Positions 40,651-49,244 of a stretch of DNA of 64,000 nt are shown here, piece after piece (position 1 is the first letter of the stretch; every line of letters begins with the position of its first letter). The notes beneath the pieces were generated by a model. The model ran no database searches and had not been told where the DNA came from. It saw only the letters and a list, made by a program, of their open reading frames with translations. The translations under genes were made by a program, and so were the position numbers. The stretch is from Myxococcota bacterium (GTDB lineage: Bacteria; Myxococcota_A; SURF-8): positions 1,664,001 through 1,728,000 of the forward strand of contig OZ223209.1 in NCBI GenBank assembly GCA_965140415.1, given 5' to 3'.

Positions 40651-41133
40651 TTGATCGAATTAAAACGCATTTTGGTCGGGATCGACTTTTCGGAATACTC
40701 GCGCGAAGCGGCACGCTTTGCGCTGGTATTGGCCAAAAAGTTCGAAGCCGAAGTAGATTTTCTCTATGTGTGCGATCTGCCTACCTATATCGGGTCGGGG
40801 TATGGTCCCTACCAGACCGCTCAGATGCAAAGCTACCTGATCAAGCAGCGCGAGATGGAAGCGCAGAAACGCGAAGAGATGGAGCGTTTTATCAAGGGTA
40901 TTCCGATCCAGGATATTTCGATCAGCTATCTCGTTACCTCCGGCAATCCGCCAATCGAGATTATCCGTACTGCCTCTGAACGCGAGAGCAACATGATTGT
41001 GGTCGGTACACACGGACGCACCGGCATTTCCCAGCTTTTAATCGGTTCGGTGGCGGAAAAAGTCGTGCGGAAATCCCCCTGCCCGGTATTGACGGTGAAG
41101 CTCACGAATCAGAACTTCGTAATGACGAGTTAA
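40651..41133 (+). CDS. Universal stress protein (UspA family)
   Basis: 'KRILVGIDFSEYS', 'MIVVGTHGRTG...IGSVAEKVVRKSPCPVLTV'; TTG start after GGAGG. Confidence 0.95.
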   Translation: MIELKRILVGIDFSEYSREAARFALVLAKKFEAEVDFLYVCDLPTYIGSGYGPYQTAQMQSYLIKQREMEAQKREEMERFIKGIPIQDISISYLVTSGNPPIEIIRTASERESNMIVVGTHGRTGISQLLIGSVAEKVVRKSPCPVLTVKLTNQNFVMTS

Positions 41134-41137
41134 CGGT

Positions 41138-42520
41138 ATGAGGGTGAAGTCGGTTGTAATCCTCTGGTCGCTGGTGGTGCTGCTGTTTTATGTGCAGCCA
41201 GCCCAAGCTGTTGAGGTGGAATTATGGCCGGAAACCTTTTTTCAGGTTCAGCAGTACCGCGATGTGGACCAGCTTAAAATCGACGAAACCCGGTTTACCC
41301 AGTATCTCACCTTAAACCTGTATCAGACGCTAGACCCGCAGGAATTCTACAAGCAGGCGGAGCATGCCTTTTTCTCTTCGATGCGTGTGGATGTCGACTT
41401 GGGGCGCGATCATTCGCCCGATGAGCCGAGCAATGCATTGGAAGGGCAGCGTTTCGCCCTGTTGTATGCGTATTGGGAATGGCGGCGCATCGGCGATGCG
41501 CTCGATCTGGCGCTGGGACGGCAGGTTTTAACCGACGAGTTCGGCATGGCGGCGATGGACGGGCTACGCATGACGATTCGCCGGGATTGGTATGTAGGGC
41601 TGGAACTGTATGTAGGCAGTGAAGTCAAAGGGGAGGTCATTCCCGATGCGGGTGGTTTTTCCCTTCCGAATTCAGATACTTTCGAACCCGATGGACTAAC
41701 CGATGACGACCGCTGGACCGGCTTGTTCGGAGCCGCATTGTTTCTGGATGGCTTAGAAAATACTGTGCTGCGGTTGCACTATCGGCATCGTTATTCCGGA
41801 GAAACGGACAGCATGCAGCTTGGGTTGTCTTTCCGACAGCGTATTCTGGATGTATGGGAACTGTATTCGATGGACAGTTTCGATTTGATTCAGGAACGTT
41901 TCAGCGAACTGCGCTTCGGGACGACGGTCGATTTCGACTGGGTTGGATTTTCGCTGGAACATTGGTCCGGGCGTGCGGAGTTTGATGCCGATTCGATTTT
42001 CAATTTCTTCGACGTCAATTCGGAAAAGGAAATTTCCGCCCGGTTTTACATTCGCCCCGACAGTCGTACGCATATTGGAGCAAGCTATGCACGCCTGTTT
42101 CAGGGCGGAGGCGGTATTCTGTTCGATGATTGGGGGGATGATGGCAACGCTTCGCATATGGGGAGCCTGTACGTGAACCGAATGCTGGGTGATATCGCCG
42201 ACGTGCGAGCCAATTATCGTTTCACGCGGGGATATGGAGGTGACACTCAACGTTTTTCTGTCGGCGGCGGGGTGGACCTATGGCAACGCCGCATTCGGCT
42301 TGATGGTGATTTTATGGGTAGCTTCTACAGCCGCCTGACCTATAATGACATTCTTGTGGAAAACGGGAATTCGGGTTTCAGTTGGGGATTGAGCCTGCGT
42401 TCCGAGTTTCGCATACATCCGGAAGTTACTCTGGCGTTTCGTGGAGATGGTTATTCCAACCCCATTATCGAACGGCAATTCGCCTTTTTCTTTGAACTGG
42501 ACGTGCACACATGGCAATAA
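41138..42520 (+). CDS. Putative outer-membrane beta-barrel protein
   Basis: Sec signal ending PAQA; alternating aromatic/hydrophobic strands; 'LALGRQ...MDGL'; C-terminus FAFFFELDVHTW. Confidence 0.75.
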   Translation: MRVKSVVILWSLVVLLFYVQPAQAVEVELWPETFFQVQQYRDVDQLKIDETRFTQYLTLNLYQTLDPQEFYKQAEHAFFSSMRVDVDLGRDHSPDEPSNALEGQRFALLYAYWEWRRIGDALDLALGRQVLTDEFGMAAMDGLRMTIRRDWYVGLELYVGSEVKGEVIPDAGGFSLPNSDTFEPDGLTDDDRWTGLFGAALFLDGLENTVLRLHYRHRYSGETDSMQLGLSFRQRILDVWELYSMDSFDLIQERFSELRFGTTVDFDWVGFSLEHWSGRAEFDADSIFNFFDVNSEKEISARFYIRPDSRTHIGASYARLFQGGGGILFDDWGDDGNASHMGSLYVNRMLGDIADVRANYRFTRGYGGDTQRFSVGGGVDLWQRRIRLDGDFMGSFYSRLTYNDILVENGNSGFSWGLSLRSEFRIHPEVTLAFRGDGYSNPIIERQFAFFFELDVHTWQ

Positions 42521-43668
42521 GGCAGAAAAAGCAATCCGCAGTTATTCTATGGGGCTCGATCGTTGTTCTCGTTGTTTTGGGAGCAAGTCTGGCCTGGGCG
42601 GTTCCTGAAAATCTGGTTCCCGGTTTTGAAGTCATCTATCCGGCGAATCAAAGCAAAATCAAGTTCAGTCACAAAATTCATGCCAAACACGATTGCCTGA
42701 CCTGCCATGAAAGCGTGGCGACAAGCACAAAAAGCGAGCAGCGCAATCTACCCGCCGAAACGGTGTGTGCCGGTTGCCATGCCGAGCAAACGCGCAAATT
42801 GACCAATGAAGTCGGCGATGTCGCTCGCTGCGAAATGTGTCACCGGGATTACGACCCGGCCAACCGTTCCCGACCAAGCCGCGTGACGGTTACTCCGGCC
42901 AAGTTGATCTTTTCACACCAGGCGCACCAGCAACGGTTGATTAGCTGCAAGCACTGCCATGCCGGAATCGATACGGATGCAGGGCAATCTAAACGACCGA
43001 TGCCTAACGAAGCGATGTGCCTTTCCTGTCATGAGCGAAACAAGAAGGGAAATACCTGCGGTTTTTGTCATCCGAGTCTGCCCTCCGGGCTGATTACGAC
43101 GGATTTCAATGGGTTGAAACTGGTGCCGACCAAAGGCAAACTCAATCATTATCGAAACTGGGAAGCCAATCACGCGATCGAATCGCGTATGCGACCGGAG
43201 TCCTGCCGCAGCTGCCATCAACAGCACGATTGCAATGCCTGTCACGACGGCGTCATGAGACCGATGAAGATCCATCCGGACGATTATGCTACAACCCATG
43301 CGATCGATGCCCGCAACAATCGGAACCGTTGCAACAGCTGTCATCGATATCAGAGTTTCTGTTTAGATTGTCACCAGAAAATGGGTCTGACGACCGGTGC
43401 GGAACGCAAATCGGAAAGAACCCGCATTCATCCGGAAGGCTTCGATGCCTGCATCCGAACTCCCAATCATCATTCATTCCAGGCCAAGCGTTCCTTACTG
43501 AGTTGTGTTTCCTGTCATACGGAGAAAGATTGTCTGAACTGTCATAAGAGCGGATCGGCCTGTGGTGGTGGCGTTCGAATCCACGGACATCTGAGTCCAT
43601 CCCAATTGGACCGGATGAAGGCCAAAAATCCGCGTGCTTGCAAGAAGTGTCATGATGAGTTCAAGTGA
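42511..43668 (+). CDS. Exported multiheme c-type cytochrome (13 CxxCH; c3/c7-like modules)
   Basis: Signal peptide ending LAWA. Motifs CLTCH, CAGCH, CEMCH, CKHCH, CLSCH, CGFCH, CRSCH, CNACH, CNSCH, CLDCH, CVSCH, CLNCH, CKKCH; two 'FSH-x-x-H' c7/c3-type distal ligand motifs. Confidence 0.95.
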   Translation: MAIRQKKQSAVILWGSIVVLVVLGASLAWAVPENLVPGFEVIYPANQSKIKFSHKIHAKHDCLTCHESVATSTKSEQRNLPAETVCAGCHAEQTRKLTNEVGDVARCEMCHRDYDPANRSRPSRVTVTPAKLIFSHQAHQQRLISCKHCHAGIDTDAGQSKRPMPNEAMCLSCHERNKKGNTCGFCHPSLPSGLITTDFNGLKLVPTKGKLNHYRNWEANHAIESRMRPESCRSCHQQHDCNACHDGVMRPMKIHPDDYATTHAIDARNNRNRCNSCHRYQSFCLDCHQKMGLTTGAERKSERTRIHPEGFDACIRTPNHHSFQAKRSLLSCVSCHTEKDCLNCHKSGSACGGGVRIHGHLSPSQLDRMKAKNPRACKKCHDEFK

Positions 43669-44116
43669 CCGAAATCGCCAGGGATTGTTGATACTTGTGT
43701 TGGTTGCGTTGTTTACGGGACTGTATGCGGCGGCTTGCTCGAATATCGGAGATGATCCGCTGTATCCGCAGGATACACGAGGTGGATTGGATGTGTTGGA
43801 TAGTTGTCCCTTACCCGGTGAAAGTAACGTTTCCACCGGTGCGGTGGTCAAGTTGCTGTTCAACAAAGAACTCGATCCGGCGACCGTGACAGACAATGCC
43901 ATTCTGATGGGCAGCGGGCGTTGGCATGTCAAGGGGGATTTGTACTACGATGACCGGACTGTGACGTATGTGCCGACTACGGTTTTGGATGCGAACTCGA
44001 AATACACGATCTACATTACCAGTTCGCTGCGCGATATCGATGGTTTCGCTTATACCAAAGAGCTTTCCGTCATATCCTTTCAAACGGGAAGTGAAACGGG
44101 CGTGACTTGCAGGTGA
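43652..44116 (+). CDS. Lipoprotein with a bacterial Ig-like (Big_5/SbsA-type) domain
   Basis: Lipobox AAAC; 'P..GESNVST...LLFNKELDPATV...YVPTTVLDANSKYTIYI..LRDIDG...SFQTG'. Confidence 0.85.
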   Translation: MMSSSDRNRQGLLILVLVALFTGLYAAACSNIGDDPLYPQDTRGGLDVLDSCPLPGESNVSTGAVVKLLFNKELDPATVTDNAILMGSGRWHVKGDLYYDDRTVTYVPTTVLDANSKYTIYITSSLRDIDGFAYTKELSVISFQTGSETGVTCR

Positions 44117-44261
44117 GAAACTTTGGAGATTATTCAGTTCTGTTTTCATTGGATTTATTCTGCAAGATCAAGTACGATAACACGCAACAAGTGACTTGTA
44201 TGTAAAACATTCCCAACGCCGTAATGACTAAAACCGATGTTTGTTTCATTGAGGGTGAGCC

Positions 44262-44861
44262 GTGCCAGCAAAGAAGACCAGATCGACTCGAACGAACATG
44301 AAGAACGAAGGGGGTGAAACCCCAGCCGGAAACGGAAATATTATCGAATCGGCAGTTGGCAAACAGGATAAAGAAGCCACCGATTCGAAAATTCTGATCC
44401 TCGATCCGAGCACCAATCGGTTGATCAAGCAATCCAATCTGGATGCGGACTGGGTATTGCGTCATGGCTTTTTTCCTTTGGAAATCGCCCGTTTTTTGTC
44501 CATGAACCTTCGCGACAACAATATCCCCTGTGAAATCGGATATGATCTGGAACTGGCCGAAAGCGAAAGCGAAACGGCAATGGCGCTGAGAAACTCATTC
44601 CGAGACAGAAAACCTTTTTATTACGTAGGGTTTCCGGGTGCCTACTATCCGAAGGCAAAAGATATATTGGAGAAGACCAGCTATCCGCTAAAAGATGATG
44701 GTGGGGTAGCCAGGCGTACCTACGAAGCGAAGATGTCGGCGATAAACAAAGCCAACGAGGCTATTCACAAGCGCCAGTTGTTCATATACTTGATGGTGGC
44801 AATGATTGGCATGCTTGGTTTATATGGCTTTTTCATGCTTGCCAAGATTCTTATACCCTAA
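44262..44861 (+). CDS. Hypothetical protein with a C-terminal membrane anchor
   Basis: 199-aa ORF with a GAGGG-like RBS and a hydrophobic C-terminus; no family recognised; start could be ATG 44298. Confidence 0.6.
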   Translation: MPAKKTRSTRTNMKNEGGETPAGNGNIIESAVGKQDKEATDSKILILDPSTNRLIKQSNLDADWVLRHGFFPLEIARFLSMNLRDNNIPCEIGYDLELAESESETAMALRNSFRDRKPFYYVGFPGAYYPKAKDILEKTSYPLKDDGGVARRTYEAKMSAINKANEAIHKRQLFIYLMVAMIGMLGLYGFFMLAKILIP

Positions 44862-44908
44862 GACCGATCGTTTCTTATCACCTTTCCACTTGGGAAATCC
44901 GAAAGCTG

Positions 44909-44938
44909 TTGACATTCAATCCGTACGATTGTTATAAG
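44909..44938 (+). promoter_or_regulatory. sigma70-like promoter upstream of the AMMECR1-pair operon
   Basis: TTGACA (44909-44914), 18-nt spacer, TATAAG (44933-44938). Confidence 0.5.
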
Positions 44939-45133
44939 GTTAACGCTGAGCATAGAAGTCATCTCGTAATTGGGTGACGGTTTCTTGTCATGCCGGATTT
45001 CGTCCGGCATCTCTATTATTTTACACGAGAATCCGTTTCGCATGTGAAATGACATCTTTCTTGATTCCGAACAAAACAGGGTGGCATTGAATAGTTAGAA
45101 GGACACGAAACCAGAGTTTAATAAGGAGGTTCC

Positions 45134-47368
45134 ATGTTCCGAAGGTTAGTACAATTTACAGTTATCGTCGCGTTGATCACGACTTTCATACTAGCTTGCG
45201 AAAAAGCGCAGCAAGCCGGATCGAATTTCGAGACAGAATTAAAAACGCAGTTGGAGCAAGCCGGAGGTGATTTCATCTTAGCACCGGATGCAATCAAAGG
45301 TGACATGAAGGCCATTGCCGCAAGTGTAAAAACACCAATAGAGGCCCAACCGGTTTGGAATGCCTTGAAATCGGATTCGGAAGCGGATCTGGTAAAACAG
45401 ATGCTGGCAGCCAAAATCGGACTGATCGTCTTACCGACGGATGTTGGTGAAGACGTTGATCGCAGCGGAAGCGTAGCAGAAGCGATTTTGCACAGTGGCG
45501 ATTTGCAGAACCTGAGCTATGTCCATGTTGATACAGACAAAATTGCGGTGGCTTTGGCTCCATTGGCGTTAAGAATGAGCGAAGCTCAATATCCGATGGT
45601 TTACAGCTATGTCAGGGCGGCTTTAACCGGGCAGACACTCCCCGCTCTTCCGCCGGGATTCGACCAGAAGCTAAAGAATTCTGCGGTGTTGGATCTTCGT
45701 TTCACGGATTCTGAAGGGTATAACAAAACACTCGGATTGATTCGCGGCGTGGGTGACAGCTACAAGGCGGCATTGGACAAGGCGGTCAAGATGGCGCAAA
45801 CGCGCTACCAGAAGCGTGGTGCGGGAAAGATGAATGCCGAACCGCTGGAAATGTTCGTCAAGGGAGCGATCATCACCCTGAATTTCCATCATGCACCGGC
45901 GACTTTGGCGGTAGATGCCAATCAGTTGTCGCGTTATGTGTCGGTTGGCTTGGATGGTCTGGTGCTGCATCTTCCGGCGGCGAAACCGGGAGAACAGGGA
46001 AAAACGGTTAAAATCTCACCGGACAAATCGAAGATCTGGCGTGAGAGCAATTTGAATAAGCTCATGGAAATCGCTTGTAAAAAGTACAAGTTGGACAAAG
46101 ATGCCTGGAAACAGGATGGCGTTCGTTACGAGAAATTCCGCACACTGGACCTGACCGAACGTACGGCAGGTGGAGAAGTGATTCGTTTGTTCCGAGGATT
46201 TGAATGGGTGAACCCGGCCAAATTGGACAAGAAAGAAATCATGGCGGGGTTCATGGATGGTGCCGAGTGGCTGCTTTCGATCAACATACCGGAATCTGGG
46301 ATGTTCGAATACAGTTACTACGCCACTCGCGATCAATACGCCAAAAATCAATACAACCTGATTCGTCACCATCTGGCTACCTTGACTCTGATTCAAGCCT
46401 ATGAATTAACCAAGGAACGTCGTTTTCTGGATGGTGCCAGGCGGGCAATCGAATGGAACTTGAAACTGGTGGAATGGGAAGGCAAGATTGCAATGTTCCG
46501 TCATCCTCGTTTCGATGGTCGCTACAAACTGGGTGGTGCTGGAACGTTATTGCAGGCCATGTGCGAATATTTCCGGTTCGAGCGCGTACCGGAATGGGAA
46601 AAGACCATGAAAGGTCTGGCCGAATTCATCATGGTGCTACAGGAGGAAAACGGTCATTACAAGAGCTTCTATGTGAAAAAAGGGCAGAAACCCTTTGACC
46701 GCGAAGTGACCATCTATCCCGGTGAAGCTAACCTGGCGTTGGTGCGGCTATACCATATCTTCAAAGATCAACGCTATATCGACACCGTGCAGAAAGCCTT
46801 CGAGTATTACTCGAACTGGTTCAACAAAAAGAAGAGCAACCGCAGTAAGGGCGACTTAGGCCCCTTCGTACCCTGGGATATGTCGGCGATGATGGAATTC
46901 TGGGAAGTTGTAAAGAAAGATGAAGTGGCCGATTATGCCTTTGCCATGGCGGATTGGATCATCGACAACTGGTATGTGTTCGGACACAAGCAGACATACT
47001 GGAAAGATTACGTAGGCGGATTCCATGGTTCCAAACGGAAATGGGATATGCCCATCTGGAACAGCGGCGTTTATGGCGAGGGTGTGGCGTCGGTGTATCA
47101 CCTGGCCAAGATGCGCGGAGATGAAAAGCGTATGGCGAAATATCGCAAAGCGGCATTCTTGACAGTGCGCTTTGTACGCCAGAGTCAATATCGCCAGGGT
47201 TCGGTTTACTATCTGCCGAATCCGAGCAAGGCGGTTGGCTGTATTCCGGACAATTTCCATAAAGACGAGTGCCGTTTGGACTTTGCCTATCACTGCCTGA
47301 CGGTGAATTATCGTTTATTGAGATTCTTCCAGCCGGATGACTGGGAAGCGGTCAAGAAGATCCGTTAG
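45134..47368 (+). CDS. Lipoprotein: divergent AMMECR1-like domain plus C-terminal alpha/alpha-toroid (six-hairpin-glycosidase-like) domain
   Basis: AAGGAGG RBS; lipobox ILAC; AMMECR1-like 'VGLDGLVL...ACKKYKLDKDAWK' without an RGC motif; toroid motifs 'GMFEYSYY...YNLIRH', 'KLGGAG', 'YPGEANLALVRLY'. Confidence 0.7.
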   Translation: MFRRLVQFTVIVALITTFILACEKAQQAGSNFETELKTQLEQAGGDFILAPDAIKGDMKAIAASVKTPIEAQPVWNALKSDSEADLVKQMLAAKIGLIVLPTDVGEDVDRSGSVAEAILHSGDLQNLSYVHVDTDKIAVALAPLALRMSEAQYPMVYSYVRAALTGQTLPALPPGFDQKLKNSAVLDLRFTDSEGYNKTLGLIRGVGDSYKAALDKAVKMAQTRYQKRGAGKMNAEPLEMFVKGAIITLNFHHAPATLAVDANQLSRYVSVGLDGLVLHLPAAKPGEQGKTVKISPDKSKIWRESNLNKLMEIACKKYKLDKDAWKQDGVRYEKFRTLDLTERTAGGEVIRLFRGFEWVNPAKLDKKEIMAGFMDGAEWLLSINIPESGMFEYSYYATRDQYAKNQYNLIRHHLATLTLIQAYELTKERRFLDGARRAIEWNLKLVEWEGKIAMFRHPRFDGRYKLGGAGTLLQAMCEYFRFERVPEWEKTMKGLAEFIMVLQEENGHYKSFYVKKGQKPFDREVTIYPGEANLALVRLYHIFKDQRYIDTVQKAFEYYSNWFNKKKSNRSKGDLGPFVPWDMSAMMEFWEVVKKDEVADYAFAMADWIIDNWYVFGHKQTYWKDYVGGFHGSKRKWDMPIWNSGVYGEGVASVYHLAKMRGDEKRMAKYRKAAFLTVRFVRQSQYRQGSVYYLPNPSKAVGCIPDNFHKDECRLDFAYHCLTVNYRLLRFFQPDDWEAVKKIR

Positions 47369-47417
47369 AAGAGTTTCTTGCAAACGTAAACGTTAGAACA
47401 TCAAAGGGAGTCTATCC

Positions 47418-49244
47418 ATGAAAATATCCAAGGGAATGCTCGTGGTTGCCTTGTTCGCTCTGTTGTCGCTGCTAATGTTGTGGAGTTGCGATAAACAGTC
47501 GGAACCCGCACAAAAGCAGGTGAAGGCCGAGAAAGCGGATAAAAAGTCGGCGAAACGACCTGCAAAGAAATCCAATGAAGTGCAGATCACGCTTACCGAG
47601 GCGGAAAAGAACGAACTGATTCTGTTCGCCCGCAAGGCGTTTGATACTTATGTCAAAGACCAGGAGCGTCTGGATGCCGATGAGCTACCGGAAGGATTGA
47701 GAGACCGCAAAGTCAATCGTGTATTCGCTACGATTTACAAAGAGGGCGAATGGCGGGGATGTGTCAGCTCGATGGGGAAAAATATCGGGACGGCAGTTGT
47801 GGGTGCGATCATCAACACGGTGCGCGATCGACGTTTCAAGAATCCGTTGCCGGAAGAACTGGATAAATTCCGGGTGGAATTGTCGTTCTTGCAGCCGACC
47901 GAGCGCATCGATACCAAAGATCCGGTCGAGATTGAAAAAGTACTGGAACCGGGCGTGGATGGCATCATCGTAACTGGTGCATCGGGAAAACGTGCCTTCT
48001 TCTTGCCTTATGTGTTTGTCAAGAAGCAGCGCACCACTGTTACCTGGCTGGAACGCTTGAGCCGCAAGGCCGGTATGGATAAAGATGCCTGGAAGCTGCC
48101 CGATACCGTGATCGAGCGCTATGGGACCATCAATTTTATCGAAGAGAAGCCATACGGAAAATCGGTGGATCTCTACCGCTACAAGGTCGAGCTGGACGAA
48201 TTGCCTGAGCAGGTGTTGTCGAAGTCGATCGATTCGGCGTTGAAATGGTTTGAAGCGCACAAGGTCGTACATGCCAAACGTTTTGCGCCAGGATATGACA
48301 ACAACCATCATCCGTTGAAGAAGTCCAATGATGGGCACCAATTGTTTGCGCTTTCCGCGTTGAATCGGGCTGCGGAGTTGGACAAGAATGTCGAACTGGG
48401 CAAGCTGGTTCGTTGGGGATACCAGGGAATCAAAGATCTCGTGGTGGATGATCCGGAAAAAGGCTTGCTGTTCAAAACCGAGGGCGTCTCCGATCTGGAA
48501 GGTCGGTTGTTGCTTGGCGATTTACTTATTTCCGGTGGTGCGGTGAAGGGGCGCAAGGAACTCGTTAACAAGTTGGCGGCGAAGTTGCGCACCTTGAAGG
48601 CCGCGGATATTCCAGAACAGGGACGATTCGTTCAGGATTTACGCAATTTCACCGTGTATGTGGTTGCCGGACTGGCACAACTGACCAAGGATGCCCAGGA
48701 TCGCAAGCAGGTTCTGGCTCTGGTTGATTCATGCTGGAATGCGGATGGTCCCTGGGCTTTGACGGCACTGGCAAAGGCGGCGGCGGTACTAAGCGATCCG
48801 GCCATGTTGGTGCAGCTTGGCGAATCCGTGCAGAAGACGATGGGGCATCAGTACCGCAACCAAACCGCTCCCTATGCCGACTTTGTGGGTGCGTTCGACG
48901 ATCAGAAAGTGCCGACAACCGTATTTGTGGCGGCGCGTTTGCGCAGTCTGGCAGAGGCTTACGGTGCGTTGAAGGATCTCAAACCGGAATTGGCGAAACA
49001 GATCGCCGAGGCCATCATGCTCTCCTCCCGGTGGTTGTTCGAACAGCAGTTTACCAAGGTCAGCGCTTTCTACTTCGAGAACTGGGCGCAGTTACAGGGT
49101 GCGTTTAAGCGCGATATTTTGCTGAATCAATCAACTCTGATCGACACCGCTTCGGCGTTATTGGCGCTACTGGAAGTACGTCGCCAGATGGGCGATGAGT
49201 TTGAAACCTTGCGGGCAGCGATGCAGGATCAGCTCAGGAAGTAA
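47418..49244 (+). CDS. Lipoprotein: canonical AMMECR1 domain plus degenerate helical C-terminal domain
   Basis: Lipobox LWSC; 'LILFARKAF', 'VFATIYKEGEWRGCV', 'DRRF', 'ELSFL', 'PGVDGII', 'AFFLPYV', 'LSRKAGMDKDAW' follow the AMMECR1 pattern. Confidence 0.8.
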   Translation: MKISKGMLVVALFALLSLLMLWSCDKQSEPAQKQVKAEKADKKSAKRPAKKSNEVQITLTEAEKNELILFARKAFDTYVKDQERLDADELPEGLRDRKVNRVFATIYKEGEWRGCVSSMGKNIGTAVVGAIINTVRDRRFKNPLPEELDKFRVELSFLQPTERIDTKDPVEIEKVLEPGVDGIIVTGASGKRAFFLPYVFVKKQRTTVTWLERLSRKAGMDKDAWKLPDTVIERYGTINFIEEKPYGKSVDLYRYKVELDELPEQVLSKSIDSALKWFEAHKVVHAKRFAPGYDNNHHPLKKSNDGHQLFALSALNRAAELDKNVELGKLVRWGYQGIKDLVVDDPEKGLLFKTEGVSDLEGRLLLGDLLISGGAVKGRKELVNKLAAKLRTLKAADIPEQGRFVQDLRNFTVYVVAGLAQLTKDAQDRKQVLALVDSCWNADGPWALTALAKAAAVLSDPAMLVQLGESVQKTMGHQYRNQTAPYADFVGAFDDQKVPTTVFVAARLRSLAEAYGALKDLKPELAKQIAEAIMLSSRWLFEQQFTKVSAFYFENWAQLQGAFKRDILLNQSTLIDTASALLALLEVRRQMGDEFETLRAAMQDQLRK

